53,357 nucleotides of DNA from Octopus bimaculoides (lineage: Eukaryota), in contig NC_068990.1 of assembly GCF_001194135.2 (NCBI RefSeq), positions 51,314,482 to 51,367,838 on the forward strand. The letters are read 5' to 3'. The position numbers and the translations under genes were made by a program. Below are positions 24,546 to 35,489 of this stretch, piece after piece. The notes below the pieces were generated by a model. That model ran no database searches, had not been told where the DNA came from, and saw only the letters and a program-made list of their open reading frames with translations. Position 1 is the first letter of the stretch, and each line of letters starts with the position of its first letter.

Positions 24546-25216
24546 AGTCTTATACACATACATACATACATACATACAAACATGCATACATAGATGTACG
24601 CCTGCGTGTGTGATATATATGTAAATTTATAACTATACACGAATATCATTCTCTCTCTTCCACTCTCTCACACGCACATATTCCCTCTTCTCTCTCCCTA
24701 TTTCTCTCTATATATATGTATGAACACATACATAAATACACTGCACGCACTGACATACACACCCCACGCAAACCCACACGCTCACATAGACATGTACATG
24801 CTAATGGTTCTATACAAATGTGTGAAGGAGAGAAAGAAAGAGTTGAGGAGAGAAATAGATTTGTTATAAGAAGACGATATTTAAAACTCGGCCTCGGCAA
24901 TTCGTATTGACATCGAGCTTAGACATCATTAGTTATGATTGTTGAACAGATGTTTCTTCCTCACTCGTATTCTGATATTTACTTGTATATGACAGAGGCT
25001 AAAAAGATATGATTTATATCGTTCATATGACATCTCTAGCGCCCCCACGACTGTCCTGTTTGATCGGATTAGCAATTGAATTATATAGATAAATGCTTTT
25101 AATTGTATTTTCTCTGGAGAATATGCTCGTGTCGGTGGGACATAAAACTGATCGATCCAACTAATTCATACATTATTTACACTTGACGGATATTTGTCCT
25201 CATATTGTTTGTTGTT

Positions 25217-25262
25217 GACACAACGTTTCGACTGATATACCCTCCAGCCTTCATCAGGTGTC
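25217..25262 (-). ncRNA. Minimal type I hammerhead ribozyme
   Basis: 5'-GACAC CUGAUGA a GGCUG gaggguauau CAGUC GAAA CGUU^ GUGUC-3'. Intact core, 5 bp stem I, 5 bp stem II, palindromic ACGU stem III, GUU cleavage triplet. Confidence 0.85.
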
Positions 25263-25328
25263 TTGGGGAAATTTCGAACCTGGGTTCTAATTCCTAAGAT
25301 ATTTTTCGATGTTATTATTATTATTATT

Positions 25329-25826
25329 GTTCAGTAGTTTTATTTTTATAACATGCTGTCACTTCACTACCGAGCGCAGCTCTGTGCGCCTTGGGTATGT
25401 GCTGTGGTTTGCTGTGGTGCTCTTATGGTTACTGTATTGAAAGTGTTTTGCGTAGGATGTGTGCAGTGCCCAGTAGTGCAATTTTCTGTATGTTATATAT
25501 ATTTGTAAGTCCTGGTGTTTTTGTTATGTATTTGTCTGAATATTTTCTTATTATACCTAAGGCACCTACTATGATAGGAATTGTTTCTGTTTTTAGATTC
25601 CACATTCGAGTTACCTCTATTTCCATGTATTTTGAAAGTTTCTCCATTTCTTTTAGGGAAACGTTGTCATCTGCTGGTATTGATGCATCAATTAGAAAGC
25701 ATTTTTTTCTTCATGATCTTTGACAACTATATCTGGTCTATTGGCCTTAATTTCTCTATCTGTGTGTATTGACATATCCCAGAGTATGGTTGCTTTCTCG
25801 TTTTCTGTGACCTTTTCTAGCGTATG
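25329..25826 (-). mobile_element. 5'-truncated R4/Dong-like insertion (RLE domain)
   Basis: ENEKATILWDMSIHTDREIKANRPDIVVKDHEEKKCFLIDASIPADDNVSLKEMEKLSKY..TAHILRKTLSIQ*, then 3'UTR and (AAT)n. Confidence 0.92.
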
Positions 25827-25837
25827 GTCACTGCCTA

Positions 25838-25871
25838 GAATCGAACTTAACCACTCTTAACCACTACGCCA
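25838..25871 (-). promoter_or_regulatory. RNA polymerase III type 2 internal promoter (A and B boxes), shortened spacing
   Basis: TGGCGTAGTGG matches TRGCNNAGTGG and GTTCGATTC matches GTTCRANNC. The spacer is only ~14 nt in this copy. Confidence 0.6.
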
Positions 25872-26437
25872 TATGCCTGTGGGCAATTATGGAGTGAATT
25901 TTAGGGCAAAATTAACGGATGTCCTATAAATCTGGGCCGAATGCCGCATAACCTTCGCCCACAAATAACAGTATCTCTTAAGAAACCCGAAATACAGGGT
26001 TCTATAAAGATTGCAAGAACTTTCTAGACAGTTCTTTTTATATATAGGTACGAAATCTAAAAGAGTTTCTTTATTGTCTGTCGATATCTATCAAAGTTGA
26101 CGCCAAATACGATTAACTGCAAAATGTCTCAGAAGGCATGTTCATTAAATTCAGGGCGGCGTTAATGCTAGCTATGTACAGTATCGCCAAATATGATAAT
26201 GTTCATCAAAAGCGGATTCAATCAGAGCTATTGCAAGTTCAAACACGGAAAACTATCTGCTATACACAAAAGGCATGGAGAATAGCATGACCATCATACA
26301 ATTTTACACGCTTATAGTTATCTAGTTTAAGTTGAATTTAACTGTGACTTCACAGTCGTTGATTGATTTTTAAACTGATAGGCTGTTTCCTTGTTTTTGT
26401 ATAAAAAATCTTTATTGAAATTTCAAGAATTAGATTA

Positions 26438-28762
26438 CACTGTACAACAAAAAAAGATTTATTGTCTGCTACCCCGACATATGATGCTGTACTAAACTAA
26501 ATCGAGTACGCTGATTCCGAATCTGAACTCAGAATTGCTATAGCACGTCAGGATTTTGAGTTACGCGCAGAATTATATATTAATAATATATTAGAATCAG
26601 GAATAGTTAAGTTCAAGGTAAATAATTATTATAATAGTATATTAGTAATATATATAGTAAATTTATGTTCAAGACAAATAGTATTATAATATAATGGTAC
26701 ACAGTATATTAATGTTATGGGAATACTCACTTTATTTTTGATATGCTCAGCTCAGAAATGTTTGAGACACTTTCTCTTGTGCTTATACATCGTGCTGGTC
26801 TCCCGTTGTAGGAACCAGTGGTAGTCACCTATCATGCGTGGATTGAACCGGCCTTGATACCTCGTTTCCCTCTCAGATATGTCCTGGTGGAACCGTTCAC
26901 CATGCTCATCACTAACGGCACCACGATTCGTTGGAAAAGAATCGAAATGAGACTGCAAGAAGTGCATTTTAAGGGACATTCGGCATCCCGTTCTTTCATA
27001 CGATGTTAACATATATATTAAATCAGCATAGTTTTCAGCTCTATGATTTTCAAGACAGTTCTGTACAACTAATACGAATGAATCCCATGCTGTCAGCTCA
27101 ACTGGATTCAGTTTACCTCTGAATTTGTCATCAGATATCAATTCTCTGATCTCGGGTCCAATGAAAATGCCTGCTTTGCATCACTTTTCTCTGCACCAAA
27201 TTTTAATTTTAGGTACTGAAAGCCACAACTATCATGTGTCATTGCTTTTACAAAGATTTTCATGAGGCCGAGTCTGATGTGAAGGGGTGGAAGAAAGATC
27301 TTTTGCGGGTCTACCAGTGGCTTATGCTGCACATCGTACCTACCAACTATGCGCTCATCTCTTTTAAGCCAGTCTTTTACAGTGTAATGATTGCTCTTGC
27401 ACACAAGAAGCACATATTTTTGTTGTCCTAGCTGCAGTCGTAGGAGGAGGGAAATCACCTTTAAATCACCACGAATATTCTACTTATGAACTGAGTAATT
27501 AACTCCTTTCAGAATGAGTACCATCGATTTATAAGTTTCTTCCATACCGACAACATGACCCACAGGAATGGAAGGTTTTTCATTACTATTATGTAACAAC
27601 GCAAATTTGAGGCTAACTTTACTCGAGTCTATAAACAATCTCCATTCGTTAGCGACATGCACGTATCCTAGTTTTTGTATGAGTGCATTAGCGTCAGTAA
27701 AGAAACAAGCATTATTTTATTGCTTGAAAAAGACAGATAAGCCTTTATGGTGAGAACGGAAAATGGAAATTTTCGTACCTTGCTGTAGGAGCTTCCGTTG
27801 TTGTTGTTTGGATCCCAAATCTGCCCTCTACTTTGATAATGCTAGGGCTCTTGCTAAATCGTTCAAATCTTGATTAAACTAGCCTGGCTCATTTTTCTTA
27901 TAATCAACTACGTACTCTTCGTCGATAGGAGGATCAAGGGGTTCATCGTGTGACGTGTCAAGATTTTCGAGTGAGAGCATGTGAGAGGGAAGCTGAGACA
28001 AGCTTCTCGATGTCATGTGGGATCGGTTTTAGAGCCGACTTACAATCTGCATGCACAATTTTTGCTTTGGTCGTCTTTGAGAAACCACTAATATTAGTCA
28101 TGCAAAAGTAACAATCAGAGACATGATTAGTTGGCTTACGCCATACCATTGGTACAGCAGAAGGCATTCCCTCCCGTTTTCCATTCAACCACTGTGTAAA
28201 CCCTGAGTAACACACGGTGCAGCATATATAAGGTGCTCACTTCTTGTCTTGGTCTCCGACTTTACTCTCGAAAGAATATTTATAGGCAGTTTTTTAATTT
28301 GGTGATAATGTTCTTCCGCTGGTCACGGGGAGAAAATTTTCCACAGATACAATAAAAGTTAGTTGGGTGCTCGAACACAATGAACACAGTTAAAACAGTA
28401 ATCACACATACCACACGTGACGGAAGCGCAAATGACACTGAGAGTTACTAAGAACAAACTGACGTATTTGGTGTCAGCGCCATCTGTTGCTAATCTGAAT
28501 AATGAACTGTCTCATCGTTTGTTTTATTGCTGTTATTTCTTTAATTTTGAATTAAGACCGTTTTCATTTTAGCAAATTTTATAATACGGCCTATGTCTAG
28601 CCGAAAGTATAGTTATAATCTTGCGCATACACGTAACTCAAAATGTGCTAGAACAATTCAGAACGTGCTAGAACAATTCTGAGTGTGGATTCGAAATCAG
28701 AATCCTTGATTTAGTCTAGAATACATGCTTTTACCCAGTAGCAAAATCTTTGTTGTCCAGTG
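26438..28762 (-). mobile_element. Full-length Chapaev3-like (CMC superfamily) DNA transposon, 3 bp TTA target duplication
   Basis: tta|CACTGTACAACAAA (26438) ... TTTGTTGTCCAGTG|tta (28762). Imperfect subterminal inverted similarity over ~150 bp. Confidence 0.88.
26752..28385 (-). pseudogene. Chapaev3-type transposase, disrupted
   Basis: FYCICGKF..AYKYSF..DQDKK*APYICCTVC..PMVWRKPTNHVSDCYFC (Chapa zinc finger); WRLFIDSSK, RGDLKV, LPPLHIRLGL, KMHFLQSH, SDEHGERFHQDI (CMC LH and H(4)H motifs plus catalytic E). Confidence 0.9.
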
Positions 28763-29797
28763 TTATTCATATTTACTTGTACCAGAAATTAACGAGATGT
28801 AAACAGTAAAAACGTCAATGAATCAACAGTTATTTAAAACTAAAAATAAACCAACAAACAGTATGTACTGTGACGTTTGTTTGTTTCTTTAATTAGATGC
28901 AAACGAAGTCACGAGGTGAATTCTTAATAATTACTGCATGGTCAAATTTACACATGAAAAAATAAATAAAATCAGGTTTGTTAATAAAAATGAATATTCC
29001 TTTTAATAAATTTACCTGTCTTTGAGTCTCTGTAACGTGACAAAAATAGAAGTGAATTATCACAAAACGAAGGAATNNNNNNNNNNNNNNNNNNNNNNNN
29101 NNNNNNNNNNNNNNNNNNNNNNNNNNNNNNNNNNNNNNNNNNNNNNNNNNNNNNNNNNNNNNNNNNNNNNNNNNNNNNNNNNNNNNNNNNNNNNNNNNNN
29201 NNNNNNNNNNNNNNNNNNNNNNNNNNNNNNNNNNNNNNNNNNNNNNNNNNNNNNNNNNNNNNNNNNNNNNNNNNNNNNNNNNNNNNNNNNNNNNNNNNNN
29301 NNNNNNNNNNNNNNNNNNNNNNNNNNNNNNNNNNNNNNNNNNNNNNNNNNNNNNNNNNNNNNNNNNNNNNNNNNNNNNNNNNNNNNNNNNNNNNNNNNNN
29401 NNNNNNNNTACCCATTTTCAATTGTCAATGATCCATCTATAATTATATATTATTTATGCTATTATATGATCGAACGCCACTCATTGCTTCCAAGTAAGTT
29501 ATCTTATATTTTCTACTGCGCATTCTACTACTATTGCTGTCACTTCCCTGTCTCTATCTATCTCCCTCTCTTGTTCTTCATCCTTTCTATTTTTCTCTCC
29601 TGACCCTCCCCGATTCTCCTCTTCCTTTCACCGTTCCCTCTCTCACTCCTCCTCCTTGACCCTCTCGTCGCTGACACGTGACGAAAGGGATTCTTTCTTT
29701 CTACTTCCTGCCTTCCTACAGAAAAGTGAATTTTTTTCGCTCTCATTCACATCTAACTTCGCGTTCAAAATAATAATTTTTCTATCGCCTTAGCCTA

Positions 29798-29875
<78 letters not shown>

Positions 29876-29878
<3 letters not shown>

Positions 29879-30525
29879 ATTATATAGGGATGATATTAAA
29901 ATACTATCACGAGTGGTAAGCGAATTATCAGCCGTATAGGCAAATTAATAAAATATATACATACAATATTAGATATGTACATATATACACAAGGGTACTA
30001 CATGAGTACCTATATCGCTAAAAAAATAGAAGTCGAAAAACACTTCTGTACCACCGAATAGTCACAAGTCTATTACAGACATGATAGGAAAAAATATCAG
30101 TGAGCAATAATAATGTCTTACCTCTACTGGGTCAGAACAAGTAAATACTGGTCAACCTGGTACCGGTTTCGAAATTTAGCACCAAGTAGGTGCCCGATTT
30201 CTCATCAACCAAAGTCTGCCGGCTAAATTACTACTAACATTCTTCTCTATCATGCCTGCAAAAGTTCGTTTGAAGTGACCAAGCACTATAGGAACAAACG
30301 AAATGTGCAAAATTTTATAAATAATTATATAGGGATGATATATACATGTGGTACAGAAGTATTTTTCGACTTCTATTTTTTAGTGATATAGGTACTCATG
30401 TAGTACCCTTGTGTATATATGTACATATCTAATATTGTATGTATATATTTTATTAATTTGCCTGTATGGCTGATAATTGCTTACCACACGTGATCGTATT
30501 TTAATAATATTATCCCTATATAATT
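29876..30525 (-). mobile_element. PLE-derived fold-back element: 445 bp unit with 21 bp terminal direct repeat, ~178 bp inverted copy and internal hammerhead
   Basis: 29878-30054 is the reverse complement of 30348-30525. ataattatatagggatgatat occurs at 29876 and again at 30321. Hammerhead at 30156-30213. Confidence 0.75.
30156..30213 (-). ncRNA. Minimal hammerhead ribozyme motif (C3U variant)
   Basis: 5'-UUUGG UUGAUGA gaaau-cgg-gcacc-uacuu-ggugc-uaa-auuuc GAAA CCGGUA^ CCAGG-3'. Palindromic stem III and GUA triplet. Confidence 0.7.
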
Positions 30526-30945
30526 GTTTATAAAAACATTTTACAAGCACCACAAGATAAGCCTTTACGTGTATGGAAGTCTTCTTTAACGCCAACAACA
30601 CTGGAGCCAAGTCTGCTCCCCCTATTCAGATGTGTGTTATCTTTGGGACAATTTGGCAGGTGACTTTCATTCATGGATAAGTATTCCGTTTTTGAAAAAG
30701 AAACAGAGTGACTTTAACTCCCTCAGACATCATTTTATTAGTTTTTAATTCTCTTCACTGTGACACTGAACATCTCCCGATGTAGGCGTGTTTTGTGCCC
30801 CACCAATAAATAATGTGGATCTGAGTCCATCTGCTATTAATTACATATAATTCCAACTAAATAGTGTAGTAGTGCTACTTTATTTCATCTCTTTACTCAC
30901 CTGCATATATGGTTTCATGTTAAGAAGAGTAGAATAACTTCAAGG

Positions 30946-31066
30946 TATCTTAACAATTTTTCAAGCCGATCACATATAGCAAGGTGTTTGCCTCCATTTT
31001 GAAAAATAAATTCTAGTAATTTTCTCACCTTTTTCCATATGATCGGCTTGAAAAATTGTTAAGATA
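30946..31066. repeat. 121 bp hairpin / mini-MITE with 27 bp perfect inverted repeat
   Basis: tatcttaacaatttttcaagccgatca (30946-30972) versus tgatcggcttgaaaaattgttaagata (31040-31066). Imperfect pairing continues inward. Confidence 0.8.
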
Positions 31067-31264
31067 TTTGGATTTTCCTACTCTCTTTAACATGAAACCA
31101 ATGGTAGTATTATTTCTATAATATCCAGTACCGCGGCCGTTGTCTCCTTTAGAGAGACTTAGAAATATTAATATTTCTAACGGTAGTATTAATTCGCAAA
31201 TAAAGAAATTATTTATCCACCAATGCGGTGTTGAGTACTCATTCTCCATCATTCTACATTTACG

Positions 31265-31322
<58 letters not shown>

Positions 31323-31479
31323 NNNNNNNNNNNNNNNNNNNNNNNNNNNNNNNNNNNNNNNNNNNNNNNNNNNNNNNNNNNNNNNNNNNNNNNNNNNNNN
31401 NTATATATATATATATATATATATATATGCTTAGACACTTAGATAAATTTCGACCAGTATTGGTTCAGGCCATGACAAA

Positions 31480-32940
31480 CTTAAGAGTACCACCTGGAAG
31501 AGACATTTGATGATGTTTTATATTAGTCATTTTGGGGTACTATAACCCAGTCAAGTAAAGAGTTATTGCTTGCAGAGATATATCCGGGTGTAGGTGGTTA
31601 TCTGGAATTTGTTGGAGATATCTGTCCAGTAAGCGCTTGAATGTTATAAGATTTTTTTCTTGTCTTATGTATCTTGGTATGATGTTAAAAAGAGCAGGAC
31701 CAGTTCAGGTGAAATAGTTCTGTGTTGTGATGTGACGCGAGCATGAATTTTGTAGAGGATGGATGGCACGGAGGCCAAACCTTGTTTGAAATTTAAAGTT
31801 CATGCCAACATCATTTGGGCAACGCTGTTGGAATATTTTCCACATCATAAAAATGATATAGTGTTCATGGCAACGTTTGAATTTCTCGAGACGATCCCAA
31901 TAATCAAGACCTGCCATATCGTCTATCTTTCTCGTGATCGATCTATGGGGTGTTTCAAATTCATAATATTTTGTTTCGTGTAGGGAGACGAAAGCGGACA
32001 GCAGTATTCAAGGTGAGGACGGGTGAAGGTGAAGAAGAGAAGCATAATGATAGCAGTATCTCTCGACCAAAAAGTCCTGAGGATCGAGGAGCACACCTGC
32101 GGTTATGTCGATTTCACTGTGTATGTAGGCAATCCAGCTTATTTGATGCCACGGAGTTTTTGCTCGAGAGAAGTGTGTATGGTAGCTTAAGTGTTGCTTC
32201 TTTGATTAAGTGGATTAATTCAAATAAAGTCTCATTTAGTGGCATATTGTGATTTTTCCGCCCATCGGTTAACAGATTTGATTAGAGATTAATCTAGTCT
32301 CCTACCTTGTCGACGACTTAAGAAATTGAGGGTCATCGGCGAAAATTCTAATGCTTCTGTGTTTGATGATGTCAATGTTGTCAGTGATGTAAATAATGAA
32401 AAGGAGTGGGCCAATATAGCGCTTTGTGAGCTCCACTAATGAATATTACCAAATTTGATCGAACACGTATCTTCACATACTGGGTTCTGTTCACCAGAAA
32501 AAATTCATCTCACTTTAATAGTTTCCCTCGGGCACCAGTGTTGGATAGTTTCATAACATGATACTGTGATCAACCATATCAAATGCCTTGCTGGAGTCAA
32601 ACTGTATGAAATCTGCATTGGAACCTTTAGACTGTCATGGAAGTGATGCTGGAACTGTGTTTAATAGTCCCTGCTATTGCGGGCGGAAAGCATACTGATT
32701 GGGATTAAGTGGGCTGTTACTTTCCAGAAAGTAAGTTACTTGATATCTCATCACTCTCTCAAATAATTTGATGATATGAGCAGTAGGAGAGATCGGTCGG
32801 TAATTTACTACCAGCGATTTTGATACCCTTTTTGAAAACTGGGACAATCGACTGGGATAGGAAATTACAGGGAATGTCGCCACTGACCAGTGATTTCCTC
32901 AAGAGAATAGCTAAAAGGAATGTCAGTTGATGTCAGCATT
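31480..32940 (-). pseudogene. CR1-group LINE RT remnant
   Basis: NYRPISPTAHIIKLFERVM, FDSSKAFDMVDHSIM, VPEG, IRIFADD, DYWDRLEKF..YIIFMMWKI, GPALFNIIP, in collinear broken frames. Confidence 0.88.
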
Positions 32941-33925
32941 CTTTCAGAACTTTAGCGAGGAACCTGCCAGGGCTCACAGCTGAGTTATTTGTAATTATTT
33001 TTATAACCGCAATATCTGAGGCGCCAAGTGATATATCGAAAAGGGTGTGCTTAGATTTTGTTTCACCGATGCTATCCAGATTGACCATGTCAGGATTGCT
33101 TCTGTGACAATAAACTTCATCAAAAAAAGCAAGCGTTCTATCTTGAATTGTATATTTTTGACGAAAATGAGCTAAGCGAAATAACTCGGTGCCAGACGTG
33201 TTTTGTTCAATGCCTCTTCTTTCTCTCTCTCCTTTTTTTTGTGGTGGAGAGAGAAATAAACTGATTAATATGTTGGATTTTTTATATCATCTAATGCATT
33301 AATAACTGAAAGTTCTTAGTTTTGGAGTCAGTATTTTTAAAATAAGTTGCTTCAGATATAAACTTTTCAAGTGATTTAATATTTGATACTAATCAGATAA
33401 ATAATTTAATACTTAATTGTTCAAAAATACGTTAATTACTCACCAAGCAATATTGTTACGAATATTTTAGCGCACAAGAAAAATTGCTATTGATATTCTT
33501 ATCTTTTTAAAAATGAAGAAAAACGTAAGAAATATCCAATTAATCTTCAATAGTAAATCTAAAGAAAAATCGCGATATATTTTTAGGGTATCTAAAGATA
33601 AAACAGCTATACTATAATAATTCAATCCTTATCGAATCTGTTGTATAATATGTAAATATATATAATTTATAACAATCATTGATTTAGATATTTAATTTTT
33701 GTCGACATATTTTAATTAAAACGTTTCTGCTTTGCCTCAATTTGGTCTACATTCATTAATTATAATTTGGACGAGTTACCAGTCAATGAATGTAAGAGTA
33801 ATTTACTAAAGTCAGTGAGGGGAACTTAACTATTTAAACAATTTTAGTTGAGCTTTATTTCAATAAAATTTTAATTGAAAACTATAATGTGATACATTTA
33901 ATAAGATACCAAGTATAAAATAAAT

Positions 33926-34212
33926 AAGTGACAACCATACAATACAGCATTACGAGTGGCATTCCAAAGTGAGTAAATTAATATATAAAATTAAAAACCA
34001 TCAATGACAAAACAATTGCATTTGCTTACATCGAACAATTAACATGGAAGTATGTGGCCATCTTTAATCCAGAAGACATAACCACGTGTAAGAAGTACAG
34101 GATGGGATTGTTGTTAATGGTATATANNNNNNNNNNNNNNNNNNNNNNNNNNNNNNNNNNNNNNNNNNNNNNNATATATATATATATATAATGTCGAACA
34201 CCACTTATTAAT
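33926..34212 (+). repeat. ~285 bp segment duplicated at 35747-36027
   Basis: aagtgacaaccatacaatacagcattacgag..(TA)n..gtcgaacaccacttattaat is present twice, with three substitutions in the sequenced part. Confidence 0.92.
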
Positions 34213-34559
34213 CATATTGGTGGTGATATGATAAGTCATATGACTGGTCTCATGGCTGGTGATGTTGTCTAGGACGTCCATTCAAATTATCTGAGAACAG
34301 TAGAGAGTGTTACTTTAGACATTGTCACCTGGCTTGTAGTGTTGACGTCCGCTCTTTATTTTAAACGTACCAAGTCATCTCTATATTACGATACTCACTG
34401 TGTTAGTAGTTTTGACGAAGACATACGTTCCCTTTCAGAGGAACAAATTTTGTTTTCAGATTATAACTCTTTGAGCACTAACTTCCCTGGCACTATTTAG
34501 CCATGTACCTGGGCTCCTGAGCCATTTGTGCTCGGTTCTGATGGGAATTAGAAGCAAAA

Positions 34560-35110
34560 TTGTCACAATATATGATACAACTTTTACATTGTCATTAGGT
34601 AAGCATGTAAACATGCAAACACGTTATATGTGCTTACAATGTTTTAATGCCAATATTCCACCTTGCTGTGCTAGTGAGACCAGCATGTAAAACCCCACTT
34701 GATTCACTATTTGCGTTTGCAGAAGTGGATTCATCCCCAAGTATCTCTGGATGGTGCAATCCAACGTTTAGGAGTCGAGTAGGCACTTGATGTTCTCTGG
34801 ATTCACGGCGGGCCACATTACGTCTGTATTCACCTACCAGATCCAGGTTGTACTCATCCAGACATTTTCGGAAAGTGTACTTAGCATTTTCTGGATAGAG
34901 TGACTGGAAGATAACATAGGTATTGTATGTAACCCACATGATAAATTTCACTACAAGCCTCCTCGTCCGTCTATAGTGCGTGCGTGTTTTGTGTAGGTTG
35001 GTCAAAGCATCATTTTTGTCTCTACTCCTCGTACATATTGTAATCCTTGATAAGGTTAAGCATTTAGACATACTGTTGTGATCCATAAAATAAACGTATA
35101 CACACACATA
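34560..35110 (-). pseudogene. Probable piggyBac-like transposase C-terminal remnant
   Basis: ORF 34634..35107: HYRRTRRLVVKFIMWVTYNTYVIFQSLYP..YTFRKCLDEYNLDLVGEY..RLLNVGLHHPE resembles the post-catalytic region of PGBD-like transposases. No TIR identified. Confidence 0.5.
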
Positions 35111-35489
35111 TTGGAATAAATGTTCTTGGTAATGAACATGGTAGTATATTAATAATGAATGAAAGAAAAATGAAGTAGAAGTAATGGAAGCATCTTTTCA
35201 TTATTTATATACTCACAGTTATAAATAGTTTGGGAATAATCCTGACGGAATTATATGAAGCTGTTTCTTTTTAAATTGTTTGTTTTTATGTTGTTATTGA
35301 GCACTGGATAGTCACTCTTTCTCTGTGCCTAAAGAGTGAACACATTCATTTTTAAAAGGCTGAGTTGTAGATTGTCACAGACAGATTAAGTGGAAAGTGA
35401 AAACTTATGAACCAAAATTTTAAGTTCAAATATTCTGTGTGAGAGGGTTTTCGATCCAGTAAAATATTCTCGTTCATGAGTGAACGAGT

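Larger units (their letters stand above)
25160..25907 (-). mobile_element. tRNA-headed repeat with internal (AAT)n and a hammerhead ribozyme (retrozyme-like), interrupted by a Dong fragment
   Basis: Minus strand order: A box TGGCGTAGTGG (25871-25861), B box GTTCGATTC (25846-25838), Dong insert, (AAT)n, hammerhead at 25262-25217. Confidence 0.75.

Noticed and set aside
24179-24649. Host C2H2 zinc-finger gene
   Set aside because: No TGEKP linkers, the start lies in a microsatellite, and it has an RTE-type 3' end with the same layout as the RTE terminus at 38.4-38.8 kb.
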